DNA from: Trichomonas gallinae
Lineage: Eukaryota
Direction: 5' to 3'
Length of the DNA stretch: 42,887 nt
NCBI GenBank assembly: GCA_008369845.1
Contig: MRSU01000203.1
Location: forward strand, 1 to 42,887
Shown here: positions 1-11,048 of the stretch, piece by piece
Numbering within the stretch: the stretch's first letter is position 1
How the letters are laid out: each line of letters starts with the position of its first letter
Notes under the pieces: generated by a model
What the model saw: only the letters and a program-made list of their open reading frames with translations
Databases searched by the model: none
What the model was told of the DNA's origin: nothing
Position numbers and translations under genes: made by a program

Positions 1-23
1 TTGAGAACAGCAGCGATAACCAT
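1..23 (-). CDS. 5' end of a gene running off the left edge (MVIAAVL...)
   Basis: Minus-strand ATG at 23..21 with an Inr-like TCACT at 43..39 about 16 nt upstream; the frame is open to the edge, but only 7 codons are visible. Confidence 0.45.
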
Positions 24-324
24 GACCGAGGCCGAAAAAGTGAGTTTTTTAATAACGTACAAACCTCCGGGGGACATTTAAGTCCATGAATATTAACTTT
101 GATATGAAAATATTTTGAAAAATATAATCTATATTCCTACAAGATATCATATCATATAAAAAAATTAGGGGTTTCTGCTGACACACTTCTAAACTTTCCG
201 CCTTAAAAAAAATTTGCCAACAGAAAAGTTAATACGAAAATAATGATGCTATTAATAAATATGATAAGTTTCATGCGTGTTTATGTGAAATTGCTACGAC
301 TACAAATTTAAAAAAAAAAAATTC

Positions 325-2211
325 ATGAGTTATAAGAAACATGTTCTCGGCATTGATTTAGGTACATCAACAATCAATGTACATTATATCGCACCAAATG
401 GTAGTGGCCAGCTTATAAATCTTCAGTTCCAGGGACAAAATTATTTACCTTCACTGGTAATGATTGAGTCTGAAAACTCTCTATCTTTTGGCTATCCGCT
501 TAAGAATTATATTGGCACAGACAAAACACCAAAAATCGTTTATTGGGCAAAACGTCTCATCGGTCACAAGTTTACTGACAAGTCTATACAATTCTTGAAG
601 GACCATGTTGGTTTCAAGATAGTAGCAAACGAAAATAATGAACCAGTTATACAAGTCGATAAACAATTTTATAATCCTGAACAAATTGCAGCCATGCTAC
701 TCACACACGTTAATGAAACATACAAATGTGTCACGAAGCATGATATAGATGAATGCATTATTACTGTTCCTGCATACTTCAATGACTTACAACGCAGAGC
801 TACGCTTCGAGCTGCTGAAATTGCAGGAATTAAAGTCAACAAGCTTTTCAATGAGCCAACAGCTGCTGCTCTTGCTTTTCACCAAGAACAAGAAGTAGAT
901 AAAATAAATGTTCTAATATTCGACTTCGGAGCCGGTACTCTTGATGTATCTATCGTTAATATCGATGGACAAAATTTCACTGTTAAAGGCATCGCAGGAG
1001 ATACTGAATTGGGTGGCGCAGATATTGATCAGTATCTAATGGACGCTGCATTAAAACAATTTATCGATAAAAACAAAGGATACCAAGACTATTTAAATAA
1101 TAACAAAAACAGTCCAGAAATAATGCGAATACATTCAATTCTTCGGAAAGCTTGCGAAAATGCAAAGATTACTCTCTCTTATAACTCTGCTTCTTCAGAT
1201 ATCATTGTCCCTAACTTCTGGAATGGCATAGATCTCGAATATAAAATTACAAAACATAATTTTATTAAGATTCTTGATCAACTTAAATTATTTGGCAAAA
1301 TGATTAAACCGGTAAAAACTGCAATAAAGCAGGCAAATATCGAAGCTACTGACATTGGATCCATTATTTTGGTTGGTGGTACAACATTACTCCCATGCAT
1401 ACACGATAAACTCCGGGATTATTTCATAAGTCTTGGAGTCGAGGATTGTGATGGCCTTATTTCCACGATGGATCCGCTTACTGTCGTGTCAAAAGGTGCA
1501 GCATATATCGCCCAGATGGCAGCCGATAACAGAATCGTAGACACAGTTAGCGCGGGTAAAACCGTTCCTGCAGGTGCTAATAAGCTGAAAGAATCAGGAA
1601 TTATCGCCATTAATGAGATACAGCAAATTACAATCGGAATCAAAACTAAATATGGCAAATTCCAGCCATATCTTATTTCTGGAAGACCAATTAATCAATC
1701 CAACCAACTCACTTTCAAGCTTGATGGCGAGTCAACTGTTATGGTCGAGATATATCAAGGAGAAAACCAAAACTGTTCCGAAAATATTCACATCAAAACA
1801 ATAGAGATTAATAATATTCCTCGAGGAGCCGTAAACATGACAATTGTCTTCAAGAGTGATGAAAGTGGTGTGCTTCGAGTTAGAGCAATATGTAGTGATG
1901 CATTTGATAGGGAATTTGAAGTTGATACAAATGAATCACTTAATAGTGAAGCTGTTCGAAAAATGATAGAAGTAAACAAGGCTCTTTTTAAGAAACAAAA
2001 ACTAGTAAACCAGGTAAACCAAATACTTGAACAGATTCACTCGCTTCTTCCAAAGCTTAGGAAGAAAAATTGGAAAGCTTTTCAAAAATACGATGAAGAA
2101 GTGGAAAAATTCACTGAACAATTTGAAAATAGAAAAGAAAATGAAAATATCAACGTTTACATTGATCTAGCAACAAAACTAATGAGAGAAATTCAAAATC
2201 TTCTTCGCTAA
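325..2211 (+). CDS. Divergent Hsp70/DnaK-family chaperone
   Basis: Hsp70 ATPase motifs GIDLGTS, TVPAYFNDLQR, NEPTAAA, IFDFGAGTLDVS, GDTELGGADID and LVGG are present. The substrate-binding region is degenerate and there is no C-terminal EEVD or KDEL. Confidence 0.93.
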   Translation: MSYKKHVLGIDLGTSTINVHYIAPNGSGQLINLQFQGQNYLPSLVMIESENSLSFGYPLKNYIGTDKTPKIVYWAKRLIGHKFTDKSIQFLKDHVGFKIVANENNEPVIQVDKQFYNPEQIAAMLLTHVNETYKCVTKHDIDECIITVPAYFNDLQRRATLRAAEIAGIKVNKLFNEPTAAALAFHQEQEVDKINVLIFDFGAGTLDVSIVNIDGQNFTVKGIAGDTELGGADIDQYLMDAALKQFIDKNKGYQDYLNNNKNSPEIMRIHSILRKACENAKITLSYNSASSDIIVPNFWNGIDLEYKITKHNFIKILDQLKLFGKMIKPVKTAIKQANIEATDIGSIILVGGTTLLPCIHDKLRDYFISLGVEDCDGLISTMDPLTVVSKGAAYIAQMAADNRIVDTVSAGKTVPAGANKLKESGIIAINEIQQITIGIKTKYGKFQPYLISGRPINQSNQLTFKLDGESTVMVEIYQGENQNCSENIHIKTIEINNIPRGAVNMTIVFKSDESGVLRVRAICSDAFDREFEVDTNESLNSEAVRKMIEVNKALFKKQKLVNQVNQILEQIHSLLPKLRKKNWKAFQKYDEEVEKFTEQFENRKENENINVYIDLATKLMREIQNLLR

Positions 2212-2632
2212 TTTTTATTTTCATTTTCAAAATCAAATATTTCACCAAACATCAGTCTATCTAAGTATAATTTCCTGTAAAATTATTTATATTATAAAAC
2301 TTATCTTTTAATTCTATAAAAGTAATAAATATTGAAAATGAGAAATTTGCTTATTGAAAGTTAAATATATCTCTCACAATAGATATCATATTTTTCAGCT
2401 GATTTCCCAAAAACTAAAAAAGTTATATTTTTAAACAAAAATCAGAACATTTGTGCTATTGTTGTATTCTACTTGTTTATTGTTGGCATTTGACTTCCAA
2501 TGTAGCACGCCTCGATACGAAACAAATTAAATATTATTGTTTTGCATGAAAACAAACATTTTAACGTAAATCTTTTTATAATAAACAATTACATCAAGAT
2601 GTAAAACTATTGAATAGACAATGATTTGGAAA

Positions 2633-3022
2633 TCACTGAGGTTTGGAATCTTTGCCAGATAAAACTTTGTTTTCTGAATCTCTAAGAGTAATATTTTTAA
2701 GGTGAGGCTGTATAACATTCCAATTCTCGGTGAACCATTTGAGTAAAACTCTATTATCTCTCGAGGCATCTCTATCAAGTTTAATTTGTGGTGTTGTATG
2801 CATGCAAATGATCAATGCTATACTCTTTAACTCGCTATGCGTAACTCCTGCGCCAAACATCTGGCTTATAACTTTCCAAGCTTCTGAATTTTCGGAATCG
2901 AAGTCTGCTAGCCTTTTCTTTACTCTCGCAGCTTCGGTTCCATCGCCACGCTTGGTCCTCTTCTTACGGTCATCATCAGAATCGTAGTCTGAAGAATCAA
3001 AATCATACCTCCGCCTTCCCAT
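2633..3022 (-). CDS. Small hypothetical protein (129 aa) with charged, NLS-like N-terminus and a helical C-terminal domain
   Basis: ATG-initiated ORF with coding-like composition. It has a basic cluster RKKRTKR and a segment LDRDASRDNRVLLKWFTENW. Confidence 0.8.
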   Translation of the reverse strand: MGRRRYDFDSSDYDSDDDRKKRTKRGDGTEAARVKKRLADFDSENSEAWKVISQMFGAGVTHSELKSIALIICMHTTPQIKLDRDASRDNRVLLKWFTENWNVIQPHLKNITLRDSENKVLSGKDSKPQ

Positions 3023-4079
3023 GATAAAAAAATTGCCAAAAAAAAAATTTTTTTTGACCTCAGAAATTAAGTCATTATAAAAAATATTATATGGAAACCC
3101 ACCATTTTTATACTAATTATAAACATTATTCCTCTTGAACATGGTTATTATAGTAACCAAACATCATGAAAACGAGTTTTTAATATCGAAATCTTTATTA
3201 ATATATAATTTTTATCGACAATGATATAAAATCATTCGTGAAATGTTTATTAAAAGTCACTGTTTTTAGCAATGTAATAAGAAAAACCTCTAAATACGCT
3301 TTTTTAAAATGAGAAAAGTTTACAAATAAATAAGGTTAATTAAAATTTAATAACGTATTATTTCATTTTTTTCACTGAGTTTTCGCAAATGATAAATTTT
3401 TTTTGATCTATAAATATTTCCTCATTAAATGGCAAAGACAGCAATGTATTCGAAAACAGCTCATCTTAACGAGCCAATTAATGTTTTCCAATTAATTATT
3501 CTCTAATATTATTAAATTCAAAAAAAAATCTTCGAAATTTCTAAAAATGTATCGAAATATAATTTATTTATAACTAATAAAATCATTCAACTTTGTCCAA
3601 ATGATCAAAGGTCAAAGATATTTTTTGATTTTTATATTTATTATATTTTCATCAATGACAGTTTTACCAATTAATACAAAAATCCATCACATAAAAGTAA
3701 ATTAATCTAAATCAACCTAATTTCAAAAAATAAAAATTCCAAATTTATTTCGGTAAATTTGGGATCAAAATCTAGGCCAAATAAATAGCTATGATTATTT
3801 TGCAAATGTAACAAGAAGAAAAAAGATGTATATCAAAATTTAATTTTTATATCAAATATCTCATTGTAGATCATGACTTTTTAATTATTAATATTATTAG
3901 AAGGCATTCTATACTGTATGATTTATATGTTAGATTTGTATGATATCCATTAGTTATCCCAATAATCATCGAAAAACGACTCGTGGCACAAATTTAATTT
4001 TTTATTTTATTTTAAATATAATAAATAATAAGAATATTAATGATACAAATCAAAGACACATTTTTTGTTTTATTTTTTT

Positions 4080-5726
4080 ATGTCGTATCCTGAAGGAATG
4101 AATATCTTTCATTTTGCCCCGACAAAAGGGAATCCATTCCAGACATTTCACGTTTCTGCTGATGATATTCCAGATGAATACCCTCAGTATCCTCTTCAAG
4201 CTCTTATTCCGCCAGAAAAAATGATTCTCAGGCATGATTTAAAGCTTCCAGTTGATAAAATTCGCGCATTTTCTATAGCTAACCAAGCGGAAATCGCCTA
4301 CAAAATGCAACAATTCGGAGACTGCTATAAAATGGCTATGCATGCAATAAAAATCGATCCTTTCGCAATTGATGCATATAGAACCAGTGTAATGGGTTTT
4401 GATCAGTATCTCGAAATCGACCAGGCAATAAAAATCCTGGCTTTACGTGAAGTTTTGTATTTGGCTAGATTTATTCTCAAAGATCTTTGCAGTATGAAAG
4501 ATGCAAACTTCTATGATTATGTTGTAGGTAGACCTTATTTACGTACTCTCAGCACTTTGGCTTATGAAGCAAGCAAAGGCTGTTATTTCGAAACTACACT
4601 AAATGCATACGAAGAACATCTAAGATTATGCGTCACAGACAACACAAAATCGCGTGCTAATTACACTGCGACATTCCTCGATGCTGTTTTAGCAACAAAG
4701 CGTGGAGAAAAATATTTCGCCAAAAGAACTGAAGAGCAATTCATGAAAATATTTACAGAAAAATTCGATTACGACATTTGTGATGAGCCAGAGAGTGTGT
4801 GGGGCAATCCAAAACGTCTTGATGACGAAAGGATTTACAGATACTCAATTATTCTACTGAAATACGCAAACAAAGACCCAGAATGGCAGACACTTGCAAA
4901 GAAAGAACTAAAGCGCGATCCACAATTCATTAAATACATATTATTCGAAGAAAAAATACAATGTGATCCAATGAACGTATTTGATAAGAATGGCGAATAC
5001 TACTCAGACTACAACATTCTCGGATACGTTTTCGTCAGAGAAAACAGATTTTTGCCCGACTTGTGCAAGTTATTGCGCGGGAGGGTCAGCGACGTCCTAA
5101 GAGGCGTGAAAGAGATGAAGGAGAACATCAGCCCTCCAAATGTCGGACTCCCACAATGGGAACGCGCTGCGACAAACTCATTGAACGAAGCAAGAGATGC
5201 GATGAAGAAGAGAAACTTCCTCAAAGCAATCGACAGCCTGAACTTCACAAGGGATTTGTACAGCGGGAGCGTTTTCCCGAGCCAGCGCATAGACAAAACG
5301 AAGATTCCTTTTGCCGTGTTCTCGAACAGAGCACAATGCGCCGCGCAGCTAGGAATATGGAACCTTTCGAGAATTGACATTAGAATCGCTCTTACTTTGA
5401 ATCCAAAGATTCCACACCTCTACAAGCTGCTGCCAAACATCGCAGACCACTTCTGCTGCCCGAAGATGAAGAAGAGGTTCTCTCAGTTCGCAGAAGAGGC
5501 AGCTAAGGAACACATTGACGCATGGTGGCAGACGACATCGAAGCAAATCGTTGGCCTTCTTTCTCTAAAAGCACTGATGGGCGAAAGACTCGGCTTGACA
5601 GAGTCACAGATAAACGAAGCTGCAGAAATCGGCATAGATGACTTATACACGCCAATTTCTCTTCCTCCAGAATTCAAGCTTCTCCCATGGCAGAAAGTCG
5701 AAGACCTTGAACTCACAGTTAAATAA
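4080..5726 (+). CDS. TPR-repeat-containing hypothetical protein
   Basis: Long ORF; first ATG at 4080 (the ORF track starts at TTG 4065). TPR-like helices include AMHAIKIDPFAIDAY and VFSNRAQCAAQLGIWNLSRIDIRIALTLNP. Confidence 0.8.
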   Translation: MSYPEGMNIFHFAPTKGNPFQTFHVSADDIPDEYPQYPLQALIPPEKMILRHDLKLPVDKIRAFSIANQAEIAYKMQQFGDCYKMAMHAIKIDPFAIDAYRTSVMGFDQYLEIDQAIKILALREVLYLARFILKDLCSMKDANFYDYVVGRPYLRTLSTLAYEASKGCYFETTLNAYEEHLRLCVTDNTKSRANYTATFLDAVLATKRGEKYFAKRTEEQFMKIFTEKFDYDICDEPESVWGNPKRLDDERIYRYSIILLKYANKDPEWQTLAKKELKRDPQFIKYILFEEKIQCDPMNVFDKNGEYYSDYNILGYVFVRENRFLPDLCKLLRGRVSDVLRGVKEMKENISPPNVGLPQWERAATNSLNEARDAMKKRNFLKAIDSLNFTRDLYSGSVFPSQRIDKTKIPFAVFSNRAQCAAQLGIWNLSRIDIRIALTLNPKIPHLYKLLPNIADHFCCPKMKKRFSQFAEEAAKEHIDAWWQTTSKQIVGLLSLKALMGERLGLTESQINEAAEIGIDDLYTPISLPPEFKLLPWQKVEDLELTVK

Positions 5727-5866
5727 ATAATTATTATTTATCTCTGCTTAAAACTAATTAATTGTTAATGCTTCTTTTGTTGATATATTTTGGAAATTAA
5801 TAGTAAATTCATGACGATTATTTGATGGAGCAGGAAATAATGCTGTCACAGCTATATTTTTATTAA

Positions 5867-5932
5867 TTTGACTTCATGATTGTCAGAATTGAAGATAAAG
5901 AAGAGTTAACGATGTCATATCCAGAAATCATA
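5867..5932 (+). repeat. Dispersed coding-derived remnant, copy 1 (FDFMIVRIEDKEELTMSYP)
   Basis: Close match to 11921..11986, including the identical run TCAGAATTGAAGATAAAGAAGA and GTCATATCCA. Confidence 0.7.
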
Positions 5933-6043
5933 TGATATATAATGTTCCAATTCTCCACCAAAAAAAGTCAATAAAAATATTGATATTATTTCATTCTGGA
6001 ATATTAAAACGATTAATGCTAAGATTTTAATAAAAACAAATAA

Positions 6044-9000
6044 TTATGGCTCTGCAATGTCATCTTCTTCAATTGGTGGAGCTTGATTCTTCTTCGTTAT
6101 GAAAATAACAGCAAAAACAGCAGCAGCAATGATAAGAACTGCAGCAACAGCACCAAAACCAATTCCAATCTTAGCACCATTAGTTAATCCTGCTTTAGAA
6201 TCATTTTCTGGACTCTCAGTTGTCGTTGTATTCTTTACATCGATATTTGGTGTCGATTCTGGCTCATTTTCGTCTGGCTTTGATCCTGCTTCTTCAGTCT
6301 CTGGTTTGTTATCATCTTCTTTCTTGGGCTTTGGATTGATTTTTGGAATTTTGTCAACAATTTCTGCATTCGCTAAGAAACCAGCAATGCCAACTTCTCC
6401 ATCTGAGCAAACGATTTTCACTTTGTGATATGAATTTGGCTCAAGCCCTGGAATTCCGTATAGTAACGAATGATAAAGCTTGAACTCGTCTCTATTCGGG
6501 ACAATCATTGAGTTTGGATCGAACGGAGTCTTATAAGGATCTTCGCCTCCTCCTTCTTTCTTCTTATCGTCGTCATCTTCCTCCTTCTTGTCGTCATCAT
6601 TCCAGTCATCACCATGCAGCTTCCTTGAGTTGGACTGATCACTTTCTTCAACGTAGCCGCCAGATGGTGGCTGTCCACTCAAATCACCAACAGATCCAAC
6701 TGAGCCTGTTCCTGGTTCTGGGACTTCGACGTTAATTAATGGTTTCATTGCTTCGGGGTGAATGAAAGATGTGTCAACATGTCCATGAAGCTCATCATCA
6801 ACGTAAATACTAAATGAGCCTCCATATTTCCATCTGTCGCCCAATATTGCGATGCTGTCTCCAGAGCTGTTCAAGTGGACATTGAATGTAATCGATGAAT
6901 CTTTCTTCATGTGATAACCTTTTCCGTTGAAATAGATTCCATATGTTGACAATTTTGCATCACCTTCTGGCTTGATCTTCGTGTGTGTTGTTGGAATGAT
7001 GTTGATAGAAGTGAGTGAGTTCATTAGAACAGGCTGTATTTCAGTAATTCCTGAACATTTGTCCTTTGAATTGCTGAGAATCGAAAGCTTCATTTTCCTG
7101 CATTGATAAGCTTTTCCTAAATCAATGTTATTCGATTTATATGACTCGAACGAGCCTTTGTAAATTTCTTTATCATCGCATGTTATTGAAACATCGCTGG
7201 TCATCTTACAGCCGTCAACAAATAAATTAACTTGATCGAAAATTATTTTATCTCCAAAATCGACTTCGTAATTTACTGGGAAGTTTTCGGGATAAACAAC
7301 TATATCTTGATTAGTGTAGACGTAGTCGAATAATAATTTAGATAAATCCGCACCACTTTTTGGTGTTGGCTTCTCTGTTAAAGTGAATTTAGACTGATCA
7401 TATTTGATGATTTTTTCTTCACCAAATAATCCTTGAGCTGGATCATTTTCAATTTTAGGCATGAATGGATTCAAGTCAACATCATCGAGTTTTGCGTTGA
7501 TAAATCTTACTCTGTCTGCTGGTAATTCTTTAATATCATCATTATCTTTGTTTTTGTAGCCGACTTGGCCTGGTGTTTTTCCATTTCCAGCAATGTTTAA
7601 CACAACATGTCTTAAGTAATATTTCTTGTCTTTTTCTAGGTTCATCCATTTAGTATTTGATGGGCTGATCCAGTTCCTGCTTTGTTTATCGAGTCTTGCG
7701 TATAAACACTCTTTATCTGTTTCGAAGTTTCCTGCAAATGGTTTTTCTGATATGAAAAACATTGATTTATCATCTGTCGCGAACCAGAATTTGTATTCCT
7801 CTGTTTTTGGTGGATAGAAAACAGAGTCAGAGACAGCAGCCCAAACAGGCCTTGATCCAACAATTCTCAATGAGTCTGTAATTAAAACTGTTGAATTATC
7901 TGAGTTTTCTTGTAATTTATCGTATGCTTGCTCTAATGTGATTGTGTTTTCGACTGTTAGATAACTTGTCTTTGAGCCAGTGTAAGTTTGCTTGACAGAA
8001 ACAACGCATTTAGTTATTTCGTTGTTTGTTTTGTCTTGATAATTAACATAGAATTTATCGATGACAGATAAATCATCCAAAGGTGTATATCTGATTTTTC
8101 CATCTCCTAGATCATCCATTTTTCCTTTTGCACCTTCAACACTGACGAATATAAATTCATGTAAATCATTTCTTGACTGTGTGAACTTTACGAAGTCGAA
8201 AACATATGTTTCTCTGCAAGGAATGTTGAATGGTCTTGCAGTTTCGAATTCTTTGTCATCTATAACATATCCAGTTTGATAAACATTAGCAACAGGGTGA
8301 AATTCTTTAAGTTTGAGGTCATCTAACATGGAATTTACTTTATCTGTTATTTCATCTTCATAATTGAAGAGTTTTGGATAAGTTTTGAACATTGGCCTTA
8401 AATCTCTGTTGAATGACTTAGAAAATGTTAAGATTAGTTCACCAATGTATCCATACTCGCTCCTCTTATATAATGATTGAGTGATATGCGCTTTAAGAGC
8501 TTTTCTGAATGCTTCAGTCCCAAAATAATGGATATAGCATGACCAGAAAGAGAGCATGATATGCTGGTTAGTATTAACATGAAAATATGGATGTGCAAAC
8601 CTATGCCACGGTGCTCCTGTGTAATAATATGATCCATCAATTGTATTTCCTCTGATTGCAGTTGTTTCTAAGCTCAAACAATATGTTATTAGGTTGATTA
8701 CATTGTTTGTGACCTCAACATAGCCTCCAAATCCCCAATTTTCCTGATAATGATGATCATATTCGTGAAGCTGGCCCCAAATTCCCCAATTTATGCTGTC
8801 AGCATTGATATAACCTTTTGACCATGAGAAAGGAGCTTGAATATAGTTTGCTCCCGCATATGCGTAAGCAAGTCCTTTTCTTACGTATGAATCCACATTA
8901 ATTTCTATTGGATGCAGGATATTTCCGAATTTTCCGCGTGAAAACCCTTTAACTTCGTTAACAGAGAAAGCTGTTCTCGAATGCGAACGCCAAAAAGCTA

Positions 9001-9826
9001 AAGCATCGTTAACTTTCTTGATATTACGAACATACGTACTCGGCATATGAATTACAGCGGCTCCTGTATCAAAAACCGCAAGAGGAGCAGGATATTTAGA
9101 AATTTCTTCTTCCCACTCTTTATCTGTTGTCGCACCATACCTGAAGTAAGGCATTCTTACACCACCCGTTATGTTGATCTCCAAGCCATCATTAAATGTA
9201 TCTATTGGTGCTTCAATGTGCATTTGTCCTCCATAAGGCCAGGCGAACTTGTTAATACCGTAATCAAGCATAAAGCTGCAATATAATCGATCAATGCGTT
9301 GTCTCAGACCTATACCATTATCACAATGGCGATTAAAGTGTAATTTTACTCGGCCAATTGCATTCTTGGGTAACTCTATTGTAATAAGCTCGCCTGGTGG
9401 AGCGTAAATAGAAGTCCAGTGGAATCTACCGTATTTAGTATTCATATAAAATCTGAATTTATGTCTTGTTGCATTTTTAAGGGCTTCTTCATCACCAAGG
9501 AACTGTATAACACCTTTTGGATGTGCAAAAGAGTCCTCTTGTGTAAAAGTCGAATGACATCTGCAAAATTTTCGATTGATTATGGTATCTTCATCAAATA
9601 GCTGCTGCACTGTGCATTTATATGGATGTCCAGGCCATGGATATTGGTCTTCTTTGATTGGAGGATTCGAAAACCCTGATTCATTGATAAATTTTACTGT
9701 AGGAGTTGGAATATCGCCTAATATTTCTAATGAGTCATGGTTCTGTATCTGAATAGTGTCTGTTCCGACAAATCCATACCTGGATTTCGTATATGATAAA
9801 GAGAAAGAGAAAAGAAAACCAAACAT
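6044..9826 (-). CDS. M60-like (PF13402-type) zinc metallopeptidase surface protein with PA14-like and carbohydrate-binding-like domains and a C-terminal TM anchor
   Basis: ATG at 9826 gives a short hydrophobic signal (MFGFLFSFSLS). M60 hallmarks: WTSIYAPPGE, WPYGG, RMPYF and gluzincin WGQLHEYDHHYQ...EVTNN. PA14-like FYPPKTEEYKFWFATDD. TM segment IGIGFGAVAAVLIIAAAVFAVIFI followed by a short acidic tail. Confidence 0.9.
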   Translation of the reverse strand: MFGFLFSFSLSYTKSRYGFVGTDTIQIQNHDSLEILGDIPTPTVKFINESGFSNPPIKEDQYPWPGHPYKCTVQQLFDEDTIINRKFCRCHSTFTQEDSFAHPKGVIQFLGDEEALKNATRHKFRFYMNTKYGRFHWTSIYAPPGELITIELPKNAIGRVKLHFNRHCDNGIGLRQRIDRLYCSFMLDYGINKFAWPYGGQMHIEAPIDTFNDGLEINITGGVRMPYFRYGATTDKEWEEEISKYPAPLAVFDTGAAVIHMPSTYVRNIKKVNDALAFWRSHSRTAFSVNEVKGFSRGKFGNILHPIEINVDSYVRKGLAYAYAGANYIQAPFSWSKGYINADSINWGIWGQLHEYDHHYQENWGFGGYVEVTNNVINLITYCLSLETTAIRGNTIDGSYYYTGAPWHRFAHPYFHVNTNQHIMLSFWSCYIHYFGTEAFRKALKAHITQSLYKRSEYGYIGELILTFSKSFNRDLRPMFKTYPKLFNYEDEITDKVNSMLDDLKLKEFHPVANVYQTGYVIDDKEFETARPFNIPCRETYVFDFVKFTQSRNDLHEFIFVSVEGAKGKMDDLGDGKIRYTPLDDLSVIDKFYVNYQDKTNNEITKCVVSVKQTYTGSKTSYLTVENTITLEQAYDKLQENSDNSTVLITDSLRIVGSRPVWAAVSDSVFYPPKTEEYKFWFATDDKSMFFISEKPFAGNFETDKECLYARLDKQSRNWISPSNTKWMNLEKDKKYYLRHVVLNIAGNGKTPGQVGYKNKDNDDIKELPADRVRFINAKLDDVDLNPFMPKIENDPAQGLFGEEKIIKYDQSKFTLTEKPTPKSGADLSKLLFDYVYTNQDIVVYPENFPVNYEVDFGDKIIFDQVNLFVDGCKMTSDVSITCDDKEIYKGSFESYKSNNIDLGKAYQCRKMKLSILSNSKDKCSGITEIQPVLMNSLTSINIIPTTHTKIKPEGDAKLSTYGIYFNGKGYHMKKDSSITFNVHLNSSGDSIAILGDRWKYGGSFSIYVDDELHGHVDTSFIHPEAMKPLINVEVPEPGTGSVGSVGDLSGQPPSGGYVEESDQSNSRKLHGDDWNDDDKKEEDDDDKKKEGGGEDPYKTPFDPNSMIVPNRDEFKLYHSLLYGIPGLEPNSYHKVKIVCSDGEVGIAGFLANAEIVDKIPKINPKPKKEDDNKPETEEAGSKPDENEPESTPNIDVKNTTTTESPENDSKAGLTNGAKIGIGFGAVAAVLIIAAAVFAVIFITKKNQAPPIEEDDIAEP

Positions 9827-10169
9827 CAATTTTTTAAACGAAATCAACAAAATTTTATAGAAAATTCGATATTGCCAAGATAATATGATATATTTCTCCG
9901 ATTTTTGTTAAGTTCATTTAAAATTTTTGATCATCAAAAAACATTCAAAAAAAATATTTGAAAAAATGATAGTATATAAGATATTGATTCTTAATCATAT
10001 TAATGTTAAAAACTGACATTTTTCAAAAATATCAAAAATCAAGTTAATTGAATAATTTATGATGATTGTATTTTGATTTTTGTGAAAGTAAAATTTTTCA
10101 ATGTCATTCAAAAAAATTGAGCATATCATGGATTTATAAGAAAGAACATGATTTTAAAAAATACCGAGA

Positions 10170-10570
10170 AAAGTGACATTCTTTTATGTTTAAAACATGA
10201 CAAATTGAATCAGCAAAAGTTGATTTCATTAAAAACAGGCATATTTTTGAAATCAGATGAGTCTACTTCCGATGTATGGGTGAGATATTACTTGTTCAAA
10301 TCATTCAATCAATGCGATATTTCTGCAAGGCGACAATATAAACATCTACAATAGTCAATTTGAAGATGACTCAAACGGAACAATCGTTATCTATAATCAT
10401 AGAATTCTGAAATCGTTTTGGGTGTTTCTATGATATAAGGCTTGGCTTCGTGTAAATGTGGAAATGTTGTTCTGTTCCAAAACATTGCTACTGCTAGTTT
10501 CTCACGACAATATATACAAATCTCGTGTCTATTGCTGTCAAAGAATGCAACAAAAACGCATCTATTGAAA
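10170..10570 (+). pseudogene. Decayed 5' fragment of the repeated hypothetical gene family (copy A)
   Basis: 10217..10290 and 10338..10390 closely match the reverse complement of about 13150..13350 (AAAGTTGATTTCATTAAAAACA, CATATTTTTGAAATCAGATGAGTCT, TAGTCAATTTGAAGATGA). The upstream GAAAAGTGACATT is shared, and the frame is broken. The right boundary is approximate. Confidence 0.7.
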
Positions 10571-10999
10571 AAAAAAAACTCATGAAAACGGGAAAGTTTT
10601 CATGTCAAATAATTTGTGTTACAAAACTTTGAAATATAATACTATTCTATATATGATAGTATCTGAGTTCTATTATAAGGCACTACATATTTTGCAAAAG
10701 CATTATTTTCAACTAAAAATCAAGAAATATGAATTCAATTTTTATCAATTCTATGAGTTATTAAATTAATTATAGTGGTTTCATTAGTGCAATCCATTTT
10801 ATGCAAATTATTGGTTACATCATGCTTCAGTTATATTAACATTCATTTGAATTTGGAAAATCTCAATGGAATGTTATTGAAGCTTTTCGATTCATACTCA
10901 TGCATATATTAAAGCCATTATACATAAATATATTGATTATAAAGACATAATACAAAAATATATAATAAAAAACAAGAAAATGAAAAAAAATAATTTCCA

Positions 11000-11007
11000 A
11001 AAGTGAC
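11000..11007 (+). promoter_or_regulatory. AAAGTGAC trichomonad core-promoter-associated motif upstream of the SelM-like gene
   Basis: Exact AAAGTGAC 41 nt before ATG 11049. The same octamer (either strand) occurs at 10170, 13373, 13396, 13420, 25922, 31336, 34297, 40077 and 42840, all in 5' spacers. Confidence 0.6.
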
Positions 11008-11048
11008 AAAAAAGTGCCAATCTCTTCATCTCTGAACTGAAATTAAAA

